From an uncultured Candidatus Saccharibacteria bacterium (GTDB taxonomy: Bacteria > Patescibacteriota > Andersenbacteria > UBA10190), in NCBI GenBank assembly GCA_964371255.1, contig CAYJKV010000004.1, positions 39,613-103,612 on the forward strand: a stretch of 64,000 bases of DNA, in the 5' to 3' direction. Below are positions 47,340 through 56,930 of this stretch, piece after piece. Position 1 is the stretch's first letter; every line of letters starts with the position of its first letter. The position numbers were made by a program, and so were the translations under genes. The notes below the pieces were generated by a model. It saw only the letters and a list, made by a program, of their open reading frames with translations, searched no databases and was not told the origin of the DNA.

Positions 47340-47780
47340 TTACACTGACTTCCGGAGCTCTTGATACTGCTTCGGTTACGGTTTGAGCAAGGAGTTTTGG
47401 ACGATCTGATCGCCAGAGTTCCGTCGGTCATGGCTTGGGCAAGCGTGATCCAGTATGAATTTACCTGACACCTTCACGACTTCTTCGCAGAGTAAATCAA
47501 GTTAGACTTTATTAAGCTTGGTTCTAATGGTAATCACTGCAGTAACCGCAAAACATAACCAAGCGTAATATACAGTGTTTTCAACGCTTGGCGGCACTAT
47601 GTTATTGTCGTCCAGGCTAATCATAGATACCGGCAAAGACAAGTCCGAGCGAGAACGGGAGAAGCCATTTTTTTGCTTGAGCAGGGATTTCGCCTACGTC
47701 GCAACATCAAGATATGATATTATTTTTTTAACATCTCGATACAAATAGTGACTCTTGAAATTTTTTTAAGCGACGGTGCA

Positions 47781-49403
47781 ATGAAACAGTGGTTTGGGGT
47801 CGTTCTTCTGTTGGTTGTATGTGTAGGGATGGGGCATCCCTTGTCAGCATACGCGGCGACTTTGCTTTCTAATATCAGTCAGAGCAATGATAAGGGCACG
47901 AGTATTTTTCGTAGTAACATTTGGGTGGCCTATCGTTTGACCGCTGGTTCACCTGCGACTATTGATAGCGTTACGTTGAATCTAGACCCTACCGCCGGAA
48001 ACTATACCGGCTTCTCTACATATACTTCAGGAGTAATCCGATTTTACAACGATAATTCTGGCGTAGTCGGCAGTGCAATTCCAGGCACTTTAGCGTATAC
48101 ATCAACTAATTCGGGAACCGGGCATACCGTCTATGCGAACGCCAGCGGCACTATTACAATTCCGAGCGCTGGAAATTACTGGATTGCGCTGACATGTTCA
48201 GCTTGTGCAAATATTGATTACCGTGAATCCAGTTCGGCAAGTTATTCGGGTGCTACCGACTGGCAGACAATTATTGGCAGCGCTTCCATATCCACGAGCA
48301 ATAATAAGGGCAGCAGTTGGGGAACACCATATTCTTCTTCTACCTATGGGGCCGTGATGATGACTATCGCCGGAACAGAAACTGATAACACGGCGCCAAC
48401 AGCTTCTACTCTTGCGCCAGCCGATGACGCGACTGGAGTGGCTCTGGATACCAATCTGGTGATTACTTTTGATGAGGCAGTTGACGCCGAATCTGGTAAC
48501 TTCACGATAAAGATGTCTGCTAATGATTCAACTGTTGAAACAATTGATGTGACGAGTGACAAAGTAACAGGCTCAGGTTCAACTGAAATTACTATTGACC
48601 CAGCGACAACGTTAACGGGCAGTACAGACTATTATGTGAACATCGATGCCACAGCATTTGATGATGCAGCTGGGAATAGCTATGCAGGCATGAACAGTGC
48701 AACAGCATGGAATTTTACAACGGTGGTTGTGCCGACACCAGCGCCGTCGACTTCTGAAAACACCGAGCAAAATACTGTTACCAACAAGACATTTGTGAAT
48801 GTGATCACAGAAGGTAACGATGAAGGAGGGCCGATTCCATTAAAACCAGTTATCACGTCAGATAATCAGGTAATACACAGCAAAGAAACCAATACAACAC
48901 AACAGCAAGAAGTAAAAGAGGGCTCGAACACGGCGATCACATCAAAGATCCCTGATGCTGATCAGGTGCAACAAGTGTATGTGAAAATTGCCGGAAAAAA
49001 GGTTCCTTTGAAAGTGAAAGATGACACATTCACATTTACGATAACATTAGGGTCTGATTTACCCCCGGGGCGGCATCCATATATATTGACGGCTGATTAT
49101 GGAATTTTTGCACTGCGACAACAAGGAGAGTTAATCGTGAATGCGCCGGAGCAGCCAACTCCTGCTGAATTGATTGCTCAGCAGGGGGATATTTTTAGCA
49201 AAGTATTTGATCGTAATGCTTCCAGTGAAGAAGGGCAGTATTGGACGAAGCGAATTTTAGCGGGAGAAAAGAAGACAGCACCGGAGCTCTATGGTGCAAT
49301 GCAATGGCAGCGTATTCACCGGGCGATTGCTGTTGTTCCTGCGGTGGCTGGTATGTTTACTAGCTCAGCAATGACGACTTGGCTATCACCAGTTACTGAC
49401 TAA
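47781..49403 (+). CDS. secreted Ser/Thr-rich protein with a bacterial Ig-like (Big_5/SbsA-type) domain; putative adhesin or surface protein
   Basis: Signal peptide MKQWFGVVLLLVVCVGMGHPLSAYA. The segment PADDATGVALDTNLVITFDEAVDAESGNFTI...IDPATTLTGSTDYYVNIDATAFDDAAGNSYAG matches the SbsA-type Ig-like domain pattern (P.D.atgV...i.i.F.e.v......f........DaAGN). Confidence 0.7.
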   Translation: MKQWFGVVLLLVVCVGMGHPLSAYAATLLSNISQSNDKGTSIFRSNIWVAYRLTAGSPATIDSVTLNLDPTAGNYTGFSTYTSGVIRFYNDNSGVVGSAIPGTLAYTSTNSGTGHTVYANASGTITIPSAGNYWIALTCSACANIDYRESSSASYSGATDWQTIIGSASISTSNNKGSSWGTPYSSSTYGAVMMTIAGTETDNTAPTASTLAPADDATGVALDTNLVITFDEAVDAESGNFTIKMSANDSTVETIDVTSDKVTGSGSTEITIDPATTLTGSTDYYVNIDATAFDDAAGNSYAGMNSATAWNFTTVVVPTPAPSTSENTEQNTVTNKTFVNVITEGNDEGGPIPLKPVITSDNQVIHSKETNTTQQQEVKEGSNTAITSKIPDADQVQQVYVKIAGKKVPLKVKDDTFTFTITLGSDLPPGRHPYILTADYGIFALRQQGELIVNAPEQPTPAELIAQQGDIFSKVFDRNASSEEGQYWTKRILAGEKKTAPELYGAMQWQRIHRAIAVVPAVAGMFTSSAMTTWLSPVTD

Positions 49404-49537
49404 GCTTGTCTCGTTTGGCTATAACCCGATATTTACGGGGCTTGGGAGGCCAAAACGTAAAAGCAAAAGGAAGTGATTCAAACCCTTCGACGCAGCTACA
49501 GGGTAAAGGTCGGGGTGGTAACGCTGTGATCCCAATC
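49402..49537. repeat. structured repeat element, copy 2; it begins at the adhesin stop codon
   Basis: taagcttgtctcgtttggctataaccc...cgggg...ggtcggggtggtaacgctgtgatcccaatc. The same modules as copy 1, in the same orientation. Confidence 0.65.
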
Positions 49538-49627
49538 TTTTATGACCTGTAAAATTAGTAGCTCATTTCTTTATTTTTTTTTCAGTGGTTGGGGTATTGA
49601 TGATTGACGACGGATCGCCCAGGAGAA

Positions 49628-51061
49628 CTAAAGAGTGGTCAAATGGATGGAATACTCGTCCGGTTTATTGGGCTTGATTTGGCTGGCGACAATCATGATG
49701 GGATCTCCTTGGTAAAGATGGTACTGGCGCAGTAAGAGTTGTTTGGTGCTGGCGGTAAGATTAATGGTTGAGTGTCTAGATAAAACAGGAGTAATTCCCC
49801 AACTTAAGAGCAGTTGCTGGTAAGTTGCGGTGGAAGCGGCGAGCGCCAGGATGGGCAAGTGAGGCCGCAAGCGAGAAAACGCGCGAGCAAAATAACCAGA
49901 TTGGGTGCTGACAATAATCGCTTTGGCATTCAGCATACGAGCGAGAGCGACGACGTTCTCGGCAATAGCCAACGGGGAGGTGGAAGGAAGTTTGGCCGGC
50001 AAGGGTTGGGTGAGCAAAGCGGAGGCTTCGGTCGAGATGATAATATCATTCATCATCCGGACAGCCCGAACGGGAAATTTGCCCATGGCGGTTTCTCCGG
50101 AAAGCATGACGGCATCGGTGTGATCGAAGACGGCGTTCGCCACATCGGAAACTTCGGCCCGCGTGGGACGCGGATTAAATTGCATCGTGCCAAGCATCTC
50201 AGTGGCGGTGATCACGGGCTTACCGGCATTCAGGCATTTATGAATAATGCCTTTTTGATGGAGGGGGACTTGAGCGATTGGTGTTTCCAGGCCTAAGTCG
50301 CCCCGGGCAATCATGACGGCGTCTGCTTCGGCGAGAATGGCATCGAAATGTTCCAAAGCTTCAGGCTTTTCGATTTTAACTATTACCTGCGGAGGCGGCA
50401 TATAGGCAGGCAGGTAGCGTTTAATTTTTTGTTTTAATTTAATAACATCGTTAGCGCTGCGGACAAAAGACAGAGCGACAAAATCAATGCCTTGTTGCAG
50501 ACCGAAACGCAGATCTGCTTCGTCCTTGGTAGTTAGCGGTTTTTCGACCAGTGAGAGGTGAGGAATATTAATCCCTTTGTGGGACAGCAGGGTACCGCCC
50601 AAAAGAACCCGGGCCTGGATGTGGCTGCCGCGACGGCGTATGACCTGCAACTCTTTAGTACCGTCATCGAGGAGAATTAAATCATTAATTTCCACCGCAG
50701 ATTTTAATTCGCGATAGGGAACGGGGATAGTGCCAGATGGGCTGGTAGTGGCACCGGCAACGAGGGTGACGATGGATCCTTCACGCAGTTCCAGGCCGGC
50801 TGCCGGCAACTCTCCGATTCTAATTTTCGGCCCCTGTAAGTCTAACAGCAGGGCGACGGGGAGGCTGGCTTGCCGGGAGGCGCGACGGACCTTTTGCAGC
50901 AAGGCTCGGTTACTGTCATGGGTGCCGTGGGAAAAATTGAAGCGAGCCACATTCATGCCGGCCTTGATCATGTCGCGCAGAATGTCTGACGATGAACTAG
51001 CGGGACCGATAGTACAGACAATCTTGGTGCGTTTATGCTGAGTGATTAATGATGCGGGCAT
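49628..51061 (-). CDS. pyk: pyruvate kinase
   Basis: KRTKIVCTIGPASSSSDILRDMIKAGMNVARFNFSHGTHD, ...MIARGDLGLE..., 477 aa. Confidence 0.9.
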   Translation of the reverse strand: MPASLITQHKRTKIVCTIGPASSSSDILRDMIKAGMNVARFNFSHGTHDSNRALLQKVRRASRQASLPVALLLDLQGPKIRIGELPAAGLELREGSIVTLVAGATTSPSGTIPVPYRELKSAVEINDLILLDDGTKELQVIRRRGSHIQARVLLGGTLLSHKGINIPHLSLVEKPLTTKDEADLRFGLQQGIDFVALSFVRSANDVIKLKQKIKRYLPAYMPPPQVIVKIEKPEALEHFDAILAEADAVMIARGDLGLETPIAQVPLHQKGIIHKCLNAGKPVITATEMLGTMQFNPRPTRAEVSDVANAVFDHTDAVMLSGETAMGKFPVRAVRMMNDIIISTEASALLTQPLPAKLPSTSPLAIAENVVALARMLNAKAIIVSTQSGYFARAFSRLRPHLPILALAASTATYQQLLLSWGITPVLSRHSTINLTASTKQLLLRQYHLYQGDPIMIVASQIKPNKPDEYSIHLTTL

Positions 51062-51322
51062 GACTTAGATGAAACGGAGTATTAATAATAACCTCTATTC
51101 ATACCCTACAGAGGCCCGACAGTCAAAAGTTGAAAAAACTAGATCTTGACTTTTATAGAATCACAGACATGCTAAAGAGGTTCTGTTTTGTCATGTGTCA
51201 TAACAAACAAGGCGAGTAGTTGGAGGTTTGCCGCGGAGCAGAATTCTATAGTACTCGTCTTGGCAGCAGAACCAAGAATTTTGGCACAATATGGCAAGGG
51301 AAGAAAATTACTATTTTTACTT

Positions 51323-52858
51323 ATGGCTATGAAAAAGAGGAAGGCGCGTAAACCGGTAGTGCTGGTAGTTTTAGACGGCTGGGGAGTATTTGACGGCCGC
51401 GAACATAACGCGATTGAAATGGCTGATACGCCTTTTTATGACTATCTCTGGCAAACTTTTCCGCAGGCCGCTCTGGACGCGAGTGAAGAGAAGATTGGTT
51501 TGCCGGTGGGACAGATGGGCAATAGTGAAATTGGTCATATGACAATCGGAGCGGGCAAAATTATCGCGAATGATTTGGTACGGATAGCGCATGCCATAAA
51601 AGATAAGAGCTGGGAGGCCAATCCGGCGTTTACGACTTTATTTGAACATGTAAAGAAGTATAATTCGACTTTGCATGTGCAGGGCTTGCTGAGTCCGGGC
51701 GGCGTGCACAGTCACATGGATCACTTGACGGCATTTTTACGCACGGCTAAGCAGGCCGGAATCACCCAGGTGGTTATTCATGTGATTACGGATGGGCGAG
51801 ATACACCCCCGCACAGCGCGGCAGGTTACCTGCAACAATTAGAAGATAGTATAGATGAGACAGGGATTGGCTTTATTGCGACGGCTACCGGGCGTTTCTA
51901 CGCGATGGACAGAGATAATAATTGGGATCGGCTGGAAAAAATGGAAAAAGCTATTTTCGACTGCGCAGGCAAAGTGTGCCAACTGAAAAAGCCATCAGTG
52001 GTGCTGAACGAATTGTATGAGCAGGGAATGGCGGATGAACATATTGAGCCGATTGTTTTTTTGGATGATCAAGGACAAACCTATCCGATTAAAAAAAATG
52101 ATGGGGTCTTTTTCTTTAATTTTCGTCCCGATCGGGCACGAATGCTATCGCGTCGAGTGATGGATAGGTCAAAGCAGGAAAATTTATGTTTTGTTACGAT
52201 GACCCAATATGACGAGTCGTTTGAATGCCTGGCGGCCTTCCCGCCGGTGGGGATTGAAACAACACTAGCGGCGGAAGTGTCGAGAGCGAAACTGAAGCAA
52301 GCGCATGTCGCGGAAACGGAGAAGTATGCTCACGCCACATATTTTTTGAATGGCGGCCGGCAAGATCCATATGAAGGCGAAGCACAAATTTTAGTGGAGA
52401 GCAGAAAGGACGTGCTGACCCACGACTTGGCGCCAAAGATGCGGGCGAAAGAGATTGCCAGCAAAGTGGTAGAACAAATAACACGAGACACCGATTTTAT
52501 ATTTGTTAATTTTGCCAATGCAGACATGGTGGGACATACCGGTAACGAAACGGCCATTATTGAAGCGGTGGCCGAAGTAGATCGGCAGTTAAAACGAGTG
52601 GTGGAGGCGGCGCAGAAGAAAGACGGTGTGGTTTTAGTCACTTCGGACCATGGTAACGCTGAAGTGATGGTGGATCCGGCGACGGGGGAAAGGCATACGG
52701 CGCATACGCTCAACTTAGTCCCGGCAATTTTAACGGACGCTTCATGTCGTTTAAGGAAGCGTGGTACGCTGGCGGATATAGCACCAACGGTGCTAGCCCT
52801 ATTGGGTATACGCCAGCCGAAGGCGATGACTGGAAAGAATCTAATTATTACTAAATAA
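51323..52858 (+). CDS. gpmI: 2,3-bisphosphoglycerate-independent phosphoglycerate mutase
   Basis: VVLVVLDGWG..., catalytic Ser region GNSEIGHMTIGAG, and VTSDHGNAE near the C-terminus. The likely start is MAMKKRK at 51323. Confidence 0.9.
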   Translation: MAMKKRKARKPVVLVVLDGWGVFDGREHNAIEMADTPFYDYLWQTFPQAALDASEEKIGLPVGQMGNSEIGHMTIGAGKIIANDLVRIAHAIKDKSWEANPAFTTLFEHVKKYNSTLHVQGLLSPGGVHSHMDHLTAFLRTAKQAGITQVVIHVITDGRDTPPHSAAGYLQQLEDSIDETGIGFIATATGRFYAMDRDNNWDRLEKMEKAIFDCAGKVCQLKKPSVVLNELYEQGMADEHIEPIVFLDDQGQTYPIKKNDGVFFFNFRPDRARMLSRRVMDRSKQENLCFVTMTQYDESFECLAAFPPVGIETTLAAEVSRAKLKQAHVAETEKYAHATYFLNGGRQDPYEGEAQILVESRKDVLTHDLAPKMRAKEIASKVVEQITRDTDFIFVNFANADMVGHTGNETAIIEAVAEVDRQLKRVVEAAQKKDGVVLVTSDHGNAEVMVDPATGERHTAHTLNLVPAILTDASCRLRKRGTLADIAPTVLALLGIRQPKAMTGKNLIITK

Positions 52859-52874
52859 TTTATATTTATCTCTT

Positions 52875-54167
52875 ATGAAAATTGCGCATATTCAAGGCCG
52901 GCAGATCATTGATTCGCGGGGTAATCCAACGGTGGAAGCGGATGTAATGGTAGAAAATGACGTTATGGGTAGAGCGGCGGTTCCTTCGGGTGCTTCCACT
53001 GGAACTAACGAAGCGGTGGAATTGAGGGACGAAGATCCGAAGTATTTTAGAGGAAAAGGTGTGCAAAAAGCGGTAGTAAACGTGAATACGGAGATTGCTG
53101 AGCTATTAGTGGGGAAGGACGTGACTGACCAGACAGGGCTGGATCAGGCCATGATTGAGCTGGATGGCACAGCAAATAAAAAACGACTGGGCGCGAATGC
53201 GATACTGGCCGTGTCATTGGCGGTGGCGCAGGCGGCGGCGCAGGTTAAACAACAGTCATTGTTTGCATATATTCATGACATAAGCCAGACAAAAGAGCCG
53301 TTCAGTTTACCAATGCCGATGATGAATGTTATTAACGGAGGACAGCATGCGGCCGGATCCACAGATATTCAGGAATTTATGATTATTCCGGTAGGGGCGG
53401 CTTCATTCAGCCAAGCAGTGCAGATGGGCAGCGAGATATTCCATAGTCTGGCGTCAGTCTTAAGGAAAAAAGGATATAGTACGACGGTGGGTGACGAAGG
53501 TGGTTACGCCCCGGCAGTTAAACAAGGCAATAAAGAGGCGTTGGAGCTGATCAGTCTGGCGGTAAAGGAAGCGGGGTATGTTTTAGGGAAAGATGTGGTT
53601 TTCGGATTAGATGTGGCGGCTTCGGAACTGTACGAGAATGGATCGTATCTTCTCAAAACTGAAGGCAAACGATTGACCACCGAAGAAATGATTGCGTGGC
53701 TGCTATCTCTGGGCCAGGATTATCCCATTGTTTCAATAGAAGATGGCTTGGCGGAAGATGATTGGCCGGGATGGAAAACGCTGACAGCGCAGGCAGGTGA
53801 ACGGCTCCAGATTGTGGGTGATGATTTGCTGGTGACGAACGTGTCGTTCTTAAAGCGGGCGATAAAAGAGAAGGCGGGCAATGCTATTTTAGTGAAATTG
53901 AACCAGATTGGCACGTTAACTGAAACCATTAAGGCGGTGCAGCTGGCGCAGCAGCATGATTGGCAGGCAATAATTTCCCATCGATCGGGAGAAACAGAAG
54001 ATACGACTATTGCTCATTTGGTAGTAGGGTTAGCGACCGGTCAGATTAAAACTGGATCGATGTCACGTACTGACCGAGTGGCTAAATACAATGAATTGCT
54101 GCGCATTGAGGAAGTCTTGGGGAAGGAAGCAAAGCTGGCTAAAAATGTATTTGAAATACAAACGTAG
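52875..54167 (+). CDS. eno: enolase
   Basis: MKIAHIQGRQIIDSRGNPTVEADV..., SHRSGETEDTTIAHLVV, 430 aa. Confidence 0.97.
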   Translation: MKIAHIQGRQIIDSRGNPTVEADVMVENDVMGRAAVPSGASTGTNEAVELRDEDPKYFRGKGVQKAVVNVNTEIAELLVGKDVTDQTGLDQAMIELDGTANKKRLGANAILAVSLAVAQAAAQVKQQSLFAYIHDISQTKEPFSLPMPMMNVINGGQHAAGSTDIQEFMIIPVGAASFSQAVQMGSEIFHSLASVLRKKGYSTTVGDEGGYAPAVKQGNKEALELISLAVKEAGYVLGKDVVFGLDVAASELYENGSYLLKTEGKRLTTEEMIAWLLSLGQDYPIVSIEDGLAEDDWPGWKTLTAQAGERLQIVGDDLLVTNVSFLKRAIKEKAGNAILVKLNQIGTLTETIKAVQLAQQHDWQAIISHRSGETEDTTIAHLVVGLATGQIKTGSMSRTDRVAKYNELLRIEEVLGKEAKLAKNVFEIQT

Positions 54168-54263
54168 GCCTGCATCAAGCCCGGAGTCAAAGTGGGACGG
54201 ATGATAATGGAATAAAGAGGAAATGGACTGGCTTGGGTGACTTTCAGGCTATTGATCGCGGAC

Positions 54264-54296
54264 GGCTATAAGCGGTACGCTCGGGGTAATTTTTTA
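54264..54296. repeat. partial copy of the 5-prime module of the 44.9/49.4 kb repeat element (ggctataagcggtacgctcggggtaatttttt), 3-prime of eno
   Basis: ggctataagc-N-cgggg matches copies 1 and 2. It is followed by a T-run. Confidence 0.4.
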
Positions 54297-54454
54297 TACA
54301 AAAAAACGCCGGATTGGCGATAAATGTAGTATTTATTAATTGTACCACTGGTTTTTGCATGCCTGGTGGAAAAGTGCCTGAATGATAGATAAAAACGCAA
54401 CGCAGGCATATTGACGGGTATTTTTTTGGACGACGTTTGTTGTATGGTTAGGGT

Positions 54455-54712
54455 ATGTCAAAGAAGTGGTGTGTATACATCGTTAGATGCAAGGACAAAA
54501 CTTTGTATACGGGATATACCAATGATTTAGAAAAGAGAGAATTATCACACAATAAGGGAATAGGGGCGAGGTATACCAGACAGAGGCGGCCGGTTCAGGT
54601 CATATATGTTGAGGAGTTTAGTAGTAAAGGAAAAGCTTTGAGTCGGGAATATGAAATAAAACAGATGACGAGAGAGGAAAAGGAAGAGTTAATCAGACGA
54701 AGCAACAGTTAA
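54455..54712 (+). CDS. GIY-YIG nuclease family protein (small UPF0213-type)
   Basis: WCVYIVRCKDKTLYTGYTNDLEKRELSHNKG...QVIYVEEF is the GIY-YIG signature. 85 aa. Confidence 0.8.
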   Translation: MSKKWCVYIVRCKDKTLYTGYTNDLEKRELSHNKGIGARYTRQRRPVQVIYVEEFSSKGKALSREYEIKQMTREEKEELIRRSNS

Positions 54713-54761
54713 TGACAGGGCAGGGTTTGACTTGGCCGGCAGTAAATAATAGCTTGGATAC

Positions 54762-54965
54762 ATGAATGGACAGAGAAGGGAAGATATTTATGCCGGGCTG
54801 ACAGTAGACATTGTCTTGAAACAAGACCAGCGAACAGGAAAGCTGACGCGTGGGGTTGTGCAGGATATTCTGACTAGCTCTTCATTTCACAGCCGAGGAA
54901 TCAAAGTGCGTCTGATAACCGGGGAGGTTGGCCGCGTGCAGAATATTTTGAGTGATAACGATTAA
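54762..54965 (+). CDS. YwbE/DUF2196 family small protein
   Basis: ...GLTVDIVLKQDQRTGKLTRGVVQDILT...HSRGIKVRLITGEVGRVQNI closely matches the conserved YwbE pattern. 67 aa. Confidence 0.6.
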   Translation: MNGQRREDIYAGLTVDIVLKQDQRTGKLTRGVVQDILTSSSFHSRGIKVRLITGEVGRVQNILSDND

Positions 54966-55040
54966 ATACTTCAGAGGAAGAAACGTTTTACAGTATATAT
55001 TTGACAGGCATTGGTGGATGTTATAGTGTAATTTACAAGG

Positions 55041-56930
55041 TTGTTTGTAACTAACACTATAATGAAATCACTATTTAGGTCGCAGTTAACATACAAAATC
55101 CTAAAATTTCTTAGCAGGAACCAGAAGTCGCACTATTTGGCGGAAATAGCCAGGAGCATTCAGTCCGATCCGGGTAACACCACAAAAGAATTAAAACGTT
55201 TAACTGAAGAGGGGTATTTGGTTCAGAGCGAAGAAAATGGCCGAAAATATTATGCATTAAGCGTTGACCTGCCGCATTTTAGTAAACTTGTCGGTTTATT
55301 AGAAAATGAGGCTGATCAAGAGTTCCAAAAATACTTTAGTATAGAGTGGATGCTGGGAGAGGACATTCCTAACATGACCCCATTTTTTAGCATGATCTGG
55401 CTAAATTGTTTTGTAGACGAGTTTGCCCAGCCAGGTGGCAAAGCTTATCGCAAGATTGCAGGAATCTACAAAGATTATCACTTATGGTTTTATTTCGAGA
55501 AAGAGAGTGCTAAGGAGGTCGCCAGCCACATTGTCAATCGTTTTGCGGCTGACCCTGACTTCATGACGCAAATCAACAAAGAGATTGTGGCTCATTCAGA
55601 TAAACTGCGTTCCTATTCCGAGACTATTCCGGAGACTGGATTGGAAAAGCTGTCGGCAAAGCAATTGTGGCAGATATTCAAACAGCATGAAGATATACAT
55701 ACAGCTTATTATCAGTGGGGATGGCTGCCGGTGGCGGCAGATATGTTTACTGATGAGTTGACGGAGAAAGGTAAAGTGGTTTTGCGCGAACACGGGGCTG
55801 GAGAAGATGAAGTGAATGAATATTTGGTGGTACTTACCCAACCGACCAAACCGTCGCTGATGAAACAAGAAGCTGATGAGCTTATTGATATCGCCTTGGA
55901 CGTGCAAAAGGACGAAAAACAAGCCGCTTTATTTTACGAGCTAATGCGGAAGTTCAAAGAGGACGAGGTTAAGGAGTTTGGGCTGTATACCCACAGCCCA
56001 CAATACGAAAAGGCTTTAGAAGAAAAGGTGCGGGAATTGATTAGTGAAATACCGCAAGATATATTGCAACGTTTACAAGAGCATCAGGCTAAGTATTTTT
56101 ACACTAGATTTCTTTTTACAGAGGAACAAGGCGTTTACAGTTTTGAGCATTATCTGAAGGGGTTGGTGCGTTTAGTTTGCCGAGGCGACGAGTTGCGACT
56201 AGAAAGAGAAAAGAGCAAATGGGAAATTAAAGTAGCTGAAAAAAAGAAAAAAGAGGTTAGTAGAACAATGCACCTTGAGTCCAAATGGATCACTTTCTTT
56301 GAAGAGTGGGGTGGCTTTATGGTGACGAAGATTTACCGCCGATATGCCCAGTTGTTTGCGCTGTCTAAAATGAGCGCTGTATTGGAAGAAATTGGCCGAC
56401 GACTAAGCTTACCGCAAAAGGAAGTTAGTTTTATGACCAGCGAAGAGATTGAAGCTGCTTTGCTTGGCAAGGCAATAGATAAAGATGTGATTAAGGCGCG
56501 GGTGCCGTTTTCTGTCTACTATGCTGATAAGGATACGCATAAGTTTTACATTGGCAGCGAAGCTAAACGTGCCGCAAAGCTTATTCAGAAAGAAGTGATT
56601 GAACAGGTTAATGAATTTACGGGGCAATGTGGCTGTCAGGGTTATGCTAAAGGCAAGGTTAAAATAGTTAATGTGGTGGCAGATATGAGTAAAGTAGTGC
56701 CGGGAGATATTTTGGTTTCCATATCAACACAGCCTGATCTATTACCGGCTATGAAAAAGGCAGCGGCATTTGTGACGGAACAAGGGGGGGTGACATCTCA
56801 TGCTGCGATTGTGGCGCGGGAGATGAATAAACCGTGTGTGATTGGCACAAAGATAGCAACCAAAGTTTTGAAAGATGGTATGGAAGTTGAAGTGGACGCA
56901 ACAAGGGGAAGGGTGACACTATTACAGTGA
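55041..56930 (+). CDS. winged-helix (ArsR/MarR-like) DNA-binding domain, a large middle domain and a C-terminal PEP-utilizer mobile (swivel phosphohistidine) domain
   Basis: N-terminus LTYKILKFLSRNQKSHYLAEIARSIQSDPGNTTKELKRLTEEGYLVQSEENGRKYYAL (wHTH). C-terminus ...GGVTSHAAIVAREMNKPCVIGT (PEP-utilizers His motif). 629 aa. It is the first gene of a five-gene coupled operon. Confidence 0.7.
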   Translation: MFVTNTIMKSLFRSQLTYKILKFLSRNQKSHYLAEIARSIQSDPGNTTKELKRLTEEGYLVQSEENGRKYYALSVDLPHFSKLVGLLENEADQEFQKYFSIEWMLGEDIPNMTPFFSMIWLNCFVDEFAQPGGKAYRKIAGIYKDYHLWFYFEKESAKEVASHIVNRFAADPDFMTQINKEIVAHSDKLRSYSETIPETGLEKLSAKQLWQIFKQHEDIHTAYYQWGWLPVAADMFTDELTEKGKVVLREHGAGEDEVNEYLVVLTQPTKPSLMKQEADELIDIALDVQKDEKQAALFYELMRKFKEDEVKEFGLYTHSPQYEKALEEKVRELISEIPQDILQRLQEHQAKYFYTRFLFTEEQGVYSFEHYLKGLVRLVCRGDELRLEREKSKWEIKVAEKKKKEVSRTMHLESKWITFFEEWGGFMVTKIYRRYAQLFALSKMSAVLEEIGRRLSLPQKEVSFMTSEEIEAALLGKAIDKDVIKARVPFSVYYADKDTHKFYIGSEAKRAAKLIQKEVIEQVNEFTGQCGCQGYAKGKVKIVNVVADMSKVVPGDILVSISTQPDLLPAMKKAAAFVTEQGGVTSHAAIVAREMNKPCVIGTKIATKVLKDGMEVEVDATRGRVTLLQ

